A stretch of 64,000 nucleotides of DNA from an uncultured Pseudomonadota bacterium (GCA_963836235.1 CAWIIP010000005.1:160001-224000); one strand, 5' to 3'. Shown: positions 51,808-60,697, counted from the stretch's first letter. Notes: generated by a model not told the origin, from the sequence alone. Translations and numbers: made by a program.

Positions 51808-52425
51808 TTATGAAGGTTTTACCCCGTCCTGTTTTTGAATTTGCTGGAGGGTGAAAATGATTTCATTGTCCGTCGGGCGGTCCGTCGGGTCCTTACCTAT
51901 ATATTTATAACGAACGACCCGATTGGGATCGATAATAATGGCCGTCGGACGTGCGATATCTTTGCCCCCGTGCCCCTGAGGATGGCGGGCTCCATAGGCG
52001 TCTATCACGTGAAGTTGGGTGTCGGATAGCAGGGGGAAAGGAAAACGCCATTGCCCGTTGAATTGCGCCGAATCCTCCAAGCTATCCACGCTAACGGCAA
52101 CAATACTAGAATGCAGCGCGGTAAACCTGGAATAATCGTCCTTCAAACCCGCCAACTGCCCCTGGCAGGCGCCGCACCATTGGCCTCGGTAAAGAATCAG
52201 TACCAGGTACCACCCCGGCTTCAAGTCGGACATCTTTACCAACTGGCCTGTACTGCTCACCAAGGAAAAATCATAAGCTTTATCCCCAACCTGCAACCCG
52301 CCCGGCTTCAGCGGAACTGGGGGTTCCTGGGGACCACAGCCCTGGAATGACAGAACCGAAAAAGTCACTAGCCCTAATACAATAAACCATTTCGGAAAGC
52401 TCATCAGATTTTTCGTCCTTTTCAA
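51808..52425 (-). CDS. Peroxiredoxin-like (AhpC/TSA) thioredoxin-fold lipoprotein
   Basis: Lipobox-like FQGC, YRGQWCGAC (CxxC), FPLLSD, ARPTAIIID. Confidence 0.82.
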   Translation of the reverse strand: MKRTKNLMSFPKWFIVLGLVTFSVLSFQGCGPQEPPVPLKPGGLQVGDKAYDFSLVSSTGQLVKMSDLKPGWYLVLILYRGQWCGACQGQLAGLKDDYSRFTALHSSIVAVSVDSLEDSAQFNGQWRFPFPLLSDTQLHVIDAYGARHPQGHGGKDIARPTAIIIDPNRVVRYKYIGKDPTDRPTDNEIIFTLQQIQKQDGVKPS

Positions 52426-52491
52426 CTCCGAATTTAAATAGTCACTTTGGCTCGATTTTTTTCAGTAGCGAATTCATCATTTTACAGACAC

Positions 52492-52522
52492 GTTGACATT
52501 GTCAACCGCCCTTTTCAATAAT
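52492..52522 (+). promoter_or_regulatory. Putative promoter of leader 1 with an overlapping perfect palindrome
   Basis: TTGACA (52493-98)-18 nt-AATAAT; palindrome GTTGACA-T-TGTCAAC at 52492-52506. Confidence 0.55.
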
Positions 52523-52547
52523 ACCTCATTGAGGAGATGCCCTGCGT

Positions 52548-52838
52548 ATGAAGTTTTTTCGAAAATATCTTTTTTCATTCGCGACGGTTTCCTTCCTGTT
52601 CTTCGTGTCAGTCTTGGCTATTGAGGATGCTCACCACCACGACAATTTGGAAAGTCACAACGATTGTTCCCTTTGCGCCTGGCAATTAACCGGCTCCAGT
52701 GCACCTTCCACTCCGACTTCCCCGCTTTTATTTGGGACCTTTCTCTTCATTTTGCTTTTCACTTTCACGCCGCCCTTTTTGTCTTTCTTCAAATCTCATC
52801 CTTCTCTTGGCCGGGCTCCCCCACAAAACCTCCTCTAA
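52548..52838 (+). CDS. DUF2946/CruR-like leader peptide, copy 1 (His/CxxC plus RAPP arrest motif)
   Basis: GAGGAG RBS; hydrophobic N-terminus, HHHDNLESHNDCSLC, second hydrophobic stretch, GRAPP four residues before the stop. Confidence 0.85.
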   Translation: MKFFRKYLFSFATVSFLFFVSVLAIEDAHHHDNLESHNDCSLCAWQLTGSSAPSTPTSPLLFGTFLFILLFTFTPPFLSFFKSHPSLGRAPPQNLL

Positions 52839-52883
52839 TTATCTGTCATAAACGGCTTTCAGGCCGATTACACAGGAGGACTT

Positions 52884-53045
52884 ATGTCTTTTCATTTTAA
52901 TTTATTTTTTTGGATTGCTTCCATTTCATCTGCCTCGTCCAATTTCCCAGCCCACTTCAACATTTTCAACCCTGCTATCGGCACTAACACACTTTTTCAC
53001 TTTCAATCCGCTGACTTAAAAACAAAATGCGGAGGGAAAATATGA
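52884..53045 (+). CDS. Putative 53-aa small ORF coupled to the downstream gene
   Basis: AGGAGGA RBS, ATG at 52884, MSFHFNLFFWIASISS...KCGGKI*; the stop overlaps the next ATG (ATGA). Below the ORF-track length cutoff. Confidence 0.45.
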   Translation: MSFHFNLFFWIASISSASSNFPAHFNIFNPAIGTNTLFHFQSADLKTKCGGKI

Positions 53046-54241
53046 AAAAAAACGCTTTCGCTTTTTTAATTGCGGGGATGATTTGGGTTGCCGTGAATGA
53101 CGCTTGGAGTGATACCCGCATTGACTCCTTAAGTTCCGATCCTCGTTTCACGGAAGACCTGGACCTGATTTGGATGTATCCCCAAAAGGTGATCCAATAC
53201 CAAGACACGGCGGATTTCCGTTTGAACAATCCGGCCGTGGTGAGTTTGGGCGATCAATATGGCTTCGGAAGCCTTGGCGCCGGTGCTTCCGGATCCCACC
53301 AATACGAATGGGGTGGCGTTATCGACGGCAAGCAAAAGGATGTCGGGGTCCTAGGAGCCTACGTGAATCGGCCCTTTGTTCCCCTTTATTACACGGTTTA
53401 CGGGGAATACTGGCGCCCGGTGGGCGGCACAACCGCTTGGGGTTCCAGCGCCTTGCCCGCCAATAAGTTGGACCTTTTCTGGGCCCAGTCTTTTGGCACG
53501 ACGGATTTCGGTATCCGGCTGAACTACGGCGGCATGCAAAACAGCGGCACCGACTACTCTCGCACCTTGGGTGTGGATACAGGAATAGGATTCAAAGGTG
53601 GCGGTGCCTTCAGTGAGGCCAACTTTCACGCCGGTTATACCTTCGGAACTTTCCAAAACGGGGCTACTGGCATCAGGAGCAACGGCATCTTCTCCCTCAG
53701 CCTAGGCTCCCTGTTACAACATGACATGGGCCCGGACGACAACTTGAGGCTGTTCGGCGATCTCGGGTTGGACCAATACCAGGACACGTCCGGTTTCGAC
53801 ACCACTCAAACCCTGGCAACCTTGGGCGTTGCCATAAACCACGCGGTCCACAGTGGGAGAGGGCTTGTTTCGACGGGCCTAGTGACCAGTGGCGGCGGCG
53901 GTAACAACAAAACCAATTGGAGCGTCGGCTGGAACGGAAGTGTGGAGGATTCCTTGATCGATTGGCTGGTCCTGCGGGCGGGGCTTTTTAAGTCTATTTT
54001 CGACCAACAGTCCTCCGGCGGCGTTGTTTCCGACCTTACTGTTCCGAACACGGTGGTTTTCAGCGTCGGCGCGGGCCTCCACTTGGAGAATTGGGCCTTG
54101 GATACTAGGCTGTTAGTCAATTCCTTGGAAAGCAATTTAATCACCCCGGCGCCGGGGGAAGGCATTCTCTTTGCGCAAAGCAATCCGAGCAAAACATTCA
54201 TTGTCACTTTGATCGAAGCGGATTTGCGTTACTCCTTTTAG
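53042..54241 (+). CDS. Putative outer-membrane beta-barrel (porin-like) protein
   Basis: Signal peptide MKKNAFAFLIAGMIWVAVNDAWS, Gly/aromatic amphipathic strands, C-terminal DLRYSF. Confidence 0.75.
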   Translation: MKKNAFAFLIAGMIWVAVNDAWSDTRIDSLSSDPRFTEDLDLIWMYPQKVIQYQDTADFRLNNPAVVSLGDQYGFGSLGAGASGSHQYEWGGVIDGKQKDVGVLGAYVNRPFVPLYYTVYGEYWRPVGGTTAWGSSALPANKLDLFWAQSFGTTDFGIRLNYGGMQNSGTDYSRTLGVDTGIGFKGGGAFSEANFHAGYTFGTFQNGATGIRSNGIFSLSLGSLLQHDMGPDDNLRLFGDLGLDQYQDTSGFDTTQTLATLGVAINHAVHSGRGLVSTGLVTSGGGGNNKTNWSVGWNGSVEDSLIDWLVLRAGLFKSIFDQQSSGGVVSDLTVPNTVVFSVGAGLHLENWALDTRLLVNSLESNLITPAPGEGILFAQSNPSKTFIVTLIEADLRYSF

Positions 54242-54297
54242 GGCCGCCTTGTACTAAGGCTTGAATGAGTGATCATAAAGGTTGGGGAGAAACAGAC

Positions 54298-55302
54298 ATG
54301 CTGAAAAGTCCTTTTGTTTATTTTAGATTCCTGATTTTTGGGTTTATTTTCGCGCCCGCCTTTTCCCAAATCGCTTCCCAATTCCTAATCGAGGGAAATA
54401 AGGCCTATGAAGCGAAAGACTATGTCCAGGCCGCGGCCAATTACCAGAACGCCATCAAGGCGGATCAAAGTTCCGCGGGGGCCTATCAGGGCCTGGGAAA
54501 TTGTGACATTCAGCTTGGAAAAAAAGACGAAGCTTTGGCTCAGTATGAGAAAGCCCTAGCCTTAAATCCGGATAGCCGTCCGCTTAGTCAAGTAATCGGA
54601 TACTTGAAGGAAAGAGCCCCCAGTGTCACGGGGACAGGGAACTTTTCATCCACACCCACTGCTTCCCCCAATTTGAATTCTCAACTGGAAAAGCAGGAAT
54701 TGGACATTGAGACCTTGCGCCTCCAGGTGGACCAATTGAGGAAAGACGACACCGAGACGAACGGAAAGGCCCAGCGTTTCCAGTCCGCTAAAAAGTCCGA
54801 AGAACTGGCTAAAGCCGGAGAAAACAAGGAAAATCTTCTGGTTCTGGACTGGATAAATGGTGAAATTTGGAACAAGGGTGCCCGGTTCTCCATGACAAAA
54901 CTTTACGATTTGGCCCAAGCCCGGGGTTGGCCGGTCCAAAAAACACTGAAAAAAAGGTCTCCCGACGGCCGAGCGCGCTGGCATTATCAAATCCGTAATA
55001 TGTCCCTCACCCGTTATCAAGACCGGAGCCGGGGCATTTTTGAAATCCAAATCCCTTCCAAACCCGATGACTTCGAAATAGTCACAACCGAGGGAATAAA
55101 CTTTCAATCCTCCGCCGGCGACACAAGGGCCGACCTAGAAAACATTTATTTCGACTTTGAGGGCCAAGAGGATATTGGAACGGAGCGAATCCTTAAGTTC
55201 AAACGCAGCCAGGACCTGGATTTCGATGACAAGCTGGAAATTTCTTTCAGCGCTTCTGGGAGAATAACCAGTCTTCGGTATGGCGTTCTAGACGAGCATT
55301 GA
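54298..55302 (+). CDS. Exported TPR protein with coiled coil and an unrecognised C-terminal domain
   Basis: Signal peptide, TPRs (AYQGLGNCDIQLG...YEKALALNP), LEKQELDIETLRLQVDQL coil. Confidence 0.75.
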   Translation: MLKSPFVYFRFLIFGFIFAPAFSQIASQFLIEGNKAYEAKDYVQAAANYQNAIKADQSSAGAYQGLGNCDIQLGKKDEALAQYEKALALNPDSRPLSQVIGYLKERAPSVTGTGNFSSTPTASPNLNSQLEKQELDIETLRLQVDQLRKDDTETNGKAQRFQSAKKSEELAKAGENKENLLVLDWINGEIWNKGARFSMTKLYDLAQARGWPVQKTLKKRSPDGRARWHYQIRNMSLTRYQDRSRGIFEIQIPSKPDDFEIVTTEGINFQSSAGDTRADLENIYFDFEGQEDIGTERILKFKRSQDLDFDDKLEISFSASGRITSLRYGVLDEH

Positions 55303-55328
55303 AATTAAAAGAGCCGTGAGGTTAGAAT
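55299..55328 (+). promoter_or_regulatory. Putative promoter of leader 2
   Basis: TTGAAA-18 nt-TAGAAT. Confidence 0.45.
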
Positions 55329-55371
55329 GACGCTTCTTCAAATTGGAACAGTTTAGAGGGGCAAGGGACAA

Positions 55372-55662
55372 ATGAAGTTTTTCCGCAAATACCTTTTCCC
55401 GTTCGCCACGGTCGCCTTCCTGGCTTTCGTGTCGGTCCTCGCCATTGAGGGCGCCCATCACCACGACAACCTGGAAAGCCATAACGATTGTTCCCTTTGC
55501 GCCTGGCAATTAACCGGCTCCAGCGCCCCTTCTACGCCTACTCCCCCACTCCTCTTTCATTCTCTGATCTTCGTCTCACTTTTCATCTTCACGCCTCTTT
55601 TTGTTTCTTCACTTAAGTCTTTTCCGTCTCTCGGAAGGGCACCTCCTTCCATCCTCCTGTAA
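55372..55662 (+). CDS. DUF2946/CruR-like leader peptide, copy 2 (His/CxxC plus RAPP arrest motif)
   Basis: 77 of 96 residues identical to copy 1 by manual alignment; same HHHDNLESHNDCSLC and GRAPP; precedes a TonB-dependent receptor. Confidence 0.87.
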   Translation: MKFFRKYLFPFATVAFLAFVSVLAIEGAHHHDNLESHNDCSLCAWQLTGSSAPSTPTPPLLFHSLIFVSLFIFTPLFVSSLKSFPSLGRAPPSILL

Positions 55663-55669
55663 CGATAGC

Positions 55670-55705
55670 TTCAGCCTTGTTGGATTGAGGCTGAATTTCG
55701 ATTTT
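55670..55705 (+). terminator. Candidate attenuator hairpin just after the leader 2 stop
   Basis: TTCAGCCT...AGGCTGAA inverted repeat followed by TTTCGATTTT. Confidence 0.5.
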
Positions 55706-55845
55706 CAGGGGGATTTTCCCTTGGGCTTCGCCCAATCGTAAAGTCCCATCACAATTAAAATTTTCAATCATGGTTTTGGCGCTATCCATCCCCCGCGGGA
55801 TGAATGGTTCTAAAACCGCGAATTCCATTCATACAGGGGACAAAA

Positions 55846-58272
55846 ATGACCATTTATAAAAAGTTGATTTTACTGCTGTTCATGCTTTTTAGTTTTTGCG
55901 CTAGTCGAGCCTTGGCCACAGTAGATGGAGCCCTTTCCGGAACCGTCTTGGACGATAAAGGTGTTGCTGTACCCAATGCCAAAGTAACCATTACGGGCAA
56001 TGGCATTGAAAAAGATTTAACCTCTTCGACCACGGGGACTTTCCAGGTCTTTCCCTTGACGATCGGGGATTACCAGGTAAGCGTCCAAGCTGACGGGTTC
56101 AGCCTTTATCAAGGAACCGTTGCGGTTTCGGGTAACTCCTCATCGCTGGAAGTCCGCCTTTCACCGGGAGGTGAAATGCAAATGACGGTGAAGGCCAAGC
56201 GGCATCTCGTCACGCCCGCTTCCAATAGTAGCCGGGACCTAAATTCCGACGAAATCGCCCAACTCCCGGAAGGGGCGACTACCAGCCTTCCTAAACTGCT
56301 TTACACCACGACCGCCGGGTTCGTGGAGGGTGATTTTGGCCAAGTCTTCACCCGGGGCAACCACGCCAATTTGCAGTACCAGATTGATGGCATCCAACTT
56401 CCCGATTCGGTCGGAGGCTCCTTTGGGGAAGCCTTCACACCGGTCAATATCGACCACATGGAAATCCTGACCGGCGGTTTGGCGCCCGAGTTCGGGAGCC
56501 GTATGGCCGGCGTGGTTAATATCGTGACCAAGTCCGGAACGACCCAACCGGGAGGGGAAATCGGCGTGGATTACGGGTCTTATAACCAATCGTCATCCTA
56601 CGCCAATTACGGAGGCTCGGACGGCTCGGGTACCTTCCACTATTTCCTCTCGGCCAATGCTTTCTCGACCGACCGGGGTTTGGATACCCCCGCGCCCGCC
56701 GACATCAATAACGACCAAAACGGTGGCAGCGAACAAGCCATCCACGACAAAAGCTACGGTTCGGATGGCTTTGTCAAATTTGATTGGGTCGCCGACAACC
56801 TGAATAAGTTCGTCTTGGTGGCCTTCAGCGAAAACAAATTTTTCCAGATTCCCAATTACGACAGTTCTTTCGATCCTGGAGGCCCCAACTTCGCCTACTT
56901 CGGAGGCTTAACGGATGCCTATGGGAACGGCCCCTTTAATTATGTGCCTTCGACGACCAACGACACCCAATCGGAGTCGAATAAATACGTGGAGTTGGCC
57001 TGGAAGCACACCTTTGACGACAACTCCTTCATCCAGATAGCCCCCTATTGGAAAGAGTCCAATCTCACCTTCACCAATGATCCGGCCAACGACCTGGCTT
57101 ACGCCCAAAGCCAGTACGATTCCGTGGCCGCCGCGTTGGGAAGCATCACCGAGTCTTCTTTTTCACAAGACCGCACCAGTGACAACTTCGGAACCCAGGT
57201 GGATTACACTTGGCACGCCGATGACAACAACCTGATCAAAGCGGGAGGCCAAGTTCTCTTGACCCAATCCTCGGGTCCCGTTTCGGTCATCGAGGCCGCC
57301 AATACCGGAACCGGCCCTGTGACGACGGCCAGCGGCGATGATTCCGCCGACACCGGTTATCAGGAAGGGGTCTATGTTCAGGATGACCTGATCTTGGCCA
57401 AATGGCTGGTCTTGAACAGCGGTATCCGATTCGACGCCACCCAATACGTGTTTCCGGACACTACGACGACCGACAGCAATTGGGGTCCACGTTTAGGTTT
57501 GAGTATCCTCCCCAGCGAATCCACCAAGTTCCACGTCTTTTACGGCAAGCTTTTCATGCCGGCGCCACCCGAGGATTTGAGGGACACCTTCGTCAACCTG
57601 GGCGCGGGGAACCAATTGGCCCCCTACGACATCAAGGCAGAGAAGGACGATTATTTTGAGGCCGGGGTGGCCCAGCAGGCGGGGGATCAACTGTTTACCC
57701 TCAACACTTATTACAAAAGCGCGGTCAACATGCTGGACGAGACCCAGCTGTTGAACACCGCCATCGCCCAACCTTATAACTTCGCGACAGGCTACGCTTA
57801 TGGGGTGGAGTTTTCTATGCGCGGCACGGTCGCCAAGGATTGGTCGGATTTCGCCAACTATTCTTACGAAATTGCCAAGGGCCAGGGAATCAGCGGGGGG
57901 CTCTTCGCCTTCCCCGCCGGAACGAACTTTGAGCCTGGTGACTACCAGTTCCTGGACCACTGCCAGATCCATACGGCCAACGGGGGTTTGACCTACAACC
58001 CCGGTGATATCTGGATCACCGCGGAAGGGCTCTTCGGCGGGGGCTTAAGTACGGGCCCCGACAACAGCCTGAGACTGCCGTCTCACTTTACGTCGGACCT
58101 CACCTTAGGCTACGCCTTCAAGAAAGACAGCGGCCTTTCAGGGCTCAAGGCCAGTCTGGATGTGTTGAATGTCCTCAACAACCCCTACGTCATCTTCATC
58201 GACAACGGCTACAACGGAAACCATTACGAGAACGGCCGGGAATTCATTTTCCACTTGGCCAAGACGATTTAA
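55846..58272 (+). CDS. TonB-dependent receptor with N-terminal carboxypeptidase-regulatory-like domain
   Basis: Signal peptide, LSGTVLDDKGVAVPNAKVTI, plug motifs YQIDGI and IDHMEILTGGLAPEFG..AGVVNIVTKSG, barrel ending NVLN...GREFIFHL. Confidence 0.93.
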   Translation: MTIYKKLILLLFMLFSFCASRALATVDGALSGTVLDDKGVAVPNAKVTITGNGIEKDLTSSTTGTFQVFPLTIGDYQVSVQADGFSLYQGTVAVSGNSSSLEVRLSPGGEMQMTVKAKRHLVTPASNSSRDLNSDEIAQLPEGATTSLPKLLYTTTAGFVEGDFGQVFTRGNHANLQYQIDGIQLPDSVGGSFGEAFTPVNIDHMEILTGGLAPEFGSRMAGVVNIVTKSGTTQPGGEIGVDYGSYNQSSSYANYGGSDGSGTFHYFLSANAFSTDRGLDTPAPADINNDQNGGSEQAIHDKSYGSDGFVKFDWVADNLNKFVLVAFSENKFFQIPNYDSSFDPGGPNFAYFGGLTDAYGNGPFNYVPSTTNDTQSESNKYVELAWKHTFDDNSFIQIAPYWKESNLTFTNDPANDLAYAQSQYDSVAAALGSITESSFSQDRTSDNFGTQVDYTWHADDNNLIKAGGQVLLTQSSGPVSVIEAANTGTGPVTTASGDDSADTGYQEGVYVQDDLILAKWLVLNSGIRFDATQYVFPDTTTTDSNWGPRLGLSILPSESTKFHVFYGKLFMPAPPEDLRDTFVNLGAGNQLAPYDIKAEKDDYFEAGVAQQAGDQLFTLNTYYKSAVNMLDETQLLNTAIAQPYNFATGYAYGVEFSMRGTVAKDWSDFANYSYEIAKGQGISGGLFAFPAGTNFEPGDYQFLDHCQIHTANGGLTYNPGDIWITAEGLFGGGLSTGPDNSLRLPSHFTSDLTLGYAFKKDSGLSGLKASLDVLNVLNNPYVIFIDNGYNGNHYENGREFIFHLAKTI

Positions 58273-58281
58273 TTAGTTGTA

Positions 58282-58318
58282 GGAACCGCCGGTTGCATCC
58301 GGCGGTTCCATTATTTTG
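58282..58318 (+). terminator. Hairpin between the receptor and exbB (terminator or mRNA stabiliser)
   Basis: GGAACCGCCGG-ttgcat-CCGGCGGTTCC followed by ATTATTTT. Confidence 0.6.
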
Positions 58319-58337
58319 ACGTGATAAAGGAGAAGAC

Positions 58338-58973
58338 ATGAACGGTTTTTTTGAAGGGTTTAAATTCATCTTCCGGGGCGGTTTCATGATGGTTCCACTC
58401 CTAGCCTCTTCTTTGCTGGCCTTGACGGTGATCATCGAACGCTGGAAGGCGCTTCACAAGCAATTCGTAACCCCTGCTGATTTCGCCCAAGGGGTCTTGG
58501 CTAAAGTCCAGGAAGGAAAAATGGCCGAGGCTCTCAAGCTTTGCGAAGGCAAGTTCATTCCCGTGGCGGCGGTGCTGAAGGCGGGCCTTGAACATTTCAA
58601 GAACCCGACGGCGGAAATGGAAATCGCCATGAAGAACGAGGGCGAAAGCTGGGTGCCCGTCCTGGAAAAAAGGGTCCACGTTTTGGATACCACCATCACC
58701 ATCGCTCCCCTGATGGGACTCCTGGGAACGATCATCGGCATGATGGGTTCCTTTAAAGTCCTGACTCAAAGCGGGGTGGATGACCCCTATTCCATCACGG
58801 GTGGGATTGCCGAGGCCCTCATCGCTACTGCCACCGGGCTGGTGATCGCCTTGGTTTGCGTCATTGCCAACAATTACTTCAACACCGACATCAAGAATTT
58901 CATTTACGAAATGGAATCGGCGGCATCCCGCCTCTTGGAAACCCGCATGGCTTCCGAAAGGAAGAAAAGCTGA
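58338..58973 (+). CDS. exbB: ExbB/TolQ/MotA proton channel
   Basis: GGFMMVPL, IAPLMGLLGTIIGM, GIAEALIATATGL. Confidence 0.92.
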   Translation: MNGFFEGFKFIFRGGFMMVPLLASSLLALTVIIERWKALHKQFVTPADFAQGVLAKVQEGKMAEALKLCEGKFIPVAAVLKAGLEHFKNPTAEMEIAMKNEGESWVPVLEKRVHVLDTTITIAPLMGLLGTIIGMMGSFKVLTQSGVDDPYSITGGIAEALIATATGLVIALVCVIANNYFNTDIKNFIYEMESAASRLLETRMASERKKS

Positions 58974-59383
58974 TGCAAATCCGACAAAGGCCGGTTAAAC
59001 GCGTCCGCATCGAGATCATTCCCATGATCGATGTCATCTTCTTCCTATTGGTGTTCTTTATGGTCACTTCCCTGGCCATGACCCGCATCAACAGCGTCAA
59101 GGTGCTCCTTCCAAAGATGTCCGGGAAGGCGGAAAACATGAGGCAAAACATCATCCTCACGGTGAAAAAAGACGGAACTCTTCTGGTCAATAAAACCCAG
59201 GTGACTCTGGACACTCTGGGATCTCAATTGACCTACCAAATGCAGGCCAATCCCCAGGATGTCGTCATCGTGAACGCCGACGAGGCCGCCGGTTACGGCT
59301 TGGTTGTCCAGGCCATGGACAAGGCCAAGCAGGTGGGCGTGCGCAAGTTCGCCCTGGTGGCCGAGGCGGACAAGGACCAATGA
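58973..59383 (+). CDS. exbD: ExbD/TolR biopolymer transport protein
   Basis: IEIIPMIDVIFFLLVFFMVT, VIVNAD..A.YG.VV.AMD. Confidence 0.92.
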   Translation: MQIRQRPVKRVRIEIIPMIDVIFFLLVFFMVTSLAMTRINSVKVLLPKMSGKAENMRQNIILTVKKDGTLLVNKTQVTLDTLGSQLTYQMQANPQDVVIVNADEAAGYGLVVQAMDKAKQVGVRKFALVAEADKDQ

Positions 59384-59982
59384 CGCTCGCGGACAGCCTT
59401 TTAAAATCCGGTGAAGACGAAAAAAGATTGCGCCAAGCCGCCGGGATCGCCCTGGGTCTGGAAATTCTTTTTTTCCTCGCCCTGGGCATCAGCCATCTTC
59501 CCTTCCTGCGGAACCCCTTTGATTCGGCCAACTACGTTGAAGCCCAGATCGTCCAACTGCCCGCCGACGCCCACTTGACCGGAGCCGCAACCGCCCCAGA
59601 CGAGGATGAGGTGGTCTTCAGCCGGAAACAAAGCCACAAAAAAAAAGCTGAGAAGAAAGAACTTCCGAAAGCCCCAGAGCAAAACCAGGTAAATGCCGGT
59701 CCCGATTTGGGGCCCACCCATGGGCCGGTGGCCTTTTACGCCCCGGCCCCGGTCATTCCCGCTTACTTGCGGGACCAGAACTTAAAGACCAGCGTGGTCA
59801 TCGAGTTCCTCATCACGGCCCAGGGAGCGGTGACTCCCCGGCTTTTGGAATCCAGCGGGAATGACGAGCTGGACGCCATTGCCTTAAGGACCGCCTCGAA
59901 ATGGCAGTTCAAACCGGCGGCCCAGAACAATATTCCGATCGATTCAAAGACGCGCTTAAGGATCATTTTCGAGGTTTCTTGA
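59380..59982 (+). CDS. tonB: TonB family energy transducer
   Basis: N-terminal TM anchor, short charged linker, TonB C-terminal domain (ESSGNDELD.IAL...KWQFKPA). Confidence 0.85.
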   Translation: MTLADSLLKSGEDEKRLRQAAGIALGLEILFFLALGISHLPFLRNPFDSANYVEAQIVQLPADAHLTGAATAPDEDEVVFSRKQSHKKKAEKKELPKAPEQNQVNAGPDLGPTHGPVAFYAPAPVIPAYLRDQNLKTSVVIEFLITAQGAVTPRLLESSGNDELDAIALRTASKWQFKPAAQNNIPIDSKTRLRIIFEVS

Positions 59983-60007
59983 TAACGAGTTGAAAAAGGA
60001 GACAAAA

Positions 60008-60697
60008 ATGAAAGTTCTTGAAGTCATCAATTTGAAAAAGTCTTACCTGTTGCCCGAAGGCGACAGGCACATGGTCGTCAACATCGACCATTTTTACATG
60101 ACCTCTGGCGCTGAAATGGCGCTGGCCGGCGAGAGCGGATCGGGCAAAACCACTTTTTTACATCTCATCTCGGGCGTATTGAAACCCGATAGCGGGGAAA
60201 TCCATCTGGATGGAAAAAGGATGGATATCCTTCCCGAAGCCGGAAGGGACAGCCTGCGCTCCAACCTGCTGGGATATGTCTTCCAAAACTTTAATCTCTT
60301 GCAGGGCATGACCGCCCTCGAAAATGTCGAATTGGCCATGCGGTTCGGCAAGGGAGTCAATCAAGAAAGGGCCGTTTCGCTTTTAAAGCGGATGGGTCTT
60401 TCGGAAAGGCTTCACCACTATCCCCGACAGCTATCCATGGGCCAGCAACAAAGGGTGGCCGTAGCACGGGCCCTTGCCAACCGCCCACGGCTGGTGATGG
60501 CGGACGAACCCACGGCCCACTTGGACCATATCCGGGGAAAGGAAGCCGTCAATCTGATGCGCGAAGTTTGCCGGGAATTCGAAGCGGCTTTACTGGTTGT
60601 GAGCCATGACCGGGAAGTATTGTCCAACTTCAAACATGTCCAGCATTTTGACCGATTGAACCGTGTGCTTCATGTGAGCCAGGGGGTGAAGCCATGA
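60008..60697 (+). CDS. ABC transporter ATP-binding protein (LolD/MacB-like)
   Basis: GESGSGKT, LSMGQQQRVAVARAL, MADEPT, VSHD. Confidence 0.93.
   Translation: MKVLEVINLKKSYLLPEGDRHMVVNIDHFYMTSGAEMALAGESGSGKTTFLHLISGVLKPDSGEIHLDGKRMDILPEAGRDSLRSNLLGYVFQNFNLLQGMTALENVELAMRFGKGVNQERAVSLLKRMGLSERLHHYPRQLSMGQQQRVAVARALANRPRLVMADEPTAHLDHIRGKEAVNLMREVCREFEAALLVVSHDREVLSNFKHVQHFDRLNRVLHVSQGVKP

Noticed and set aside
51808-52425. Selenocysteine recoding in the peroxiredoxin-like gene
   Set aside because: Both CxxC positions are ordinary TGC codons and the frame has no internal TGA.
55663-55845. Cobalamin or other known riboswitch upstream of the TonB-dependent receptor
   Set aside because: No B12-box or other conserved riboswitch core recognised by eye; an Rfam scan would settle it.
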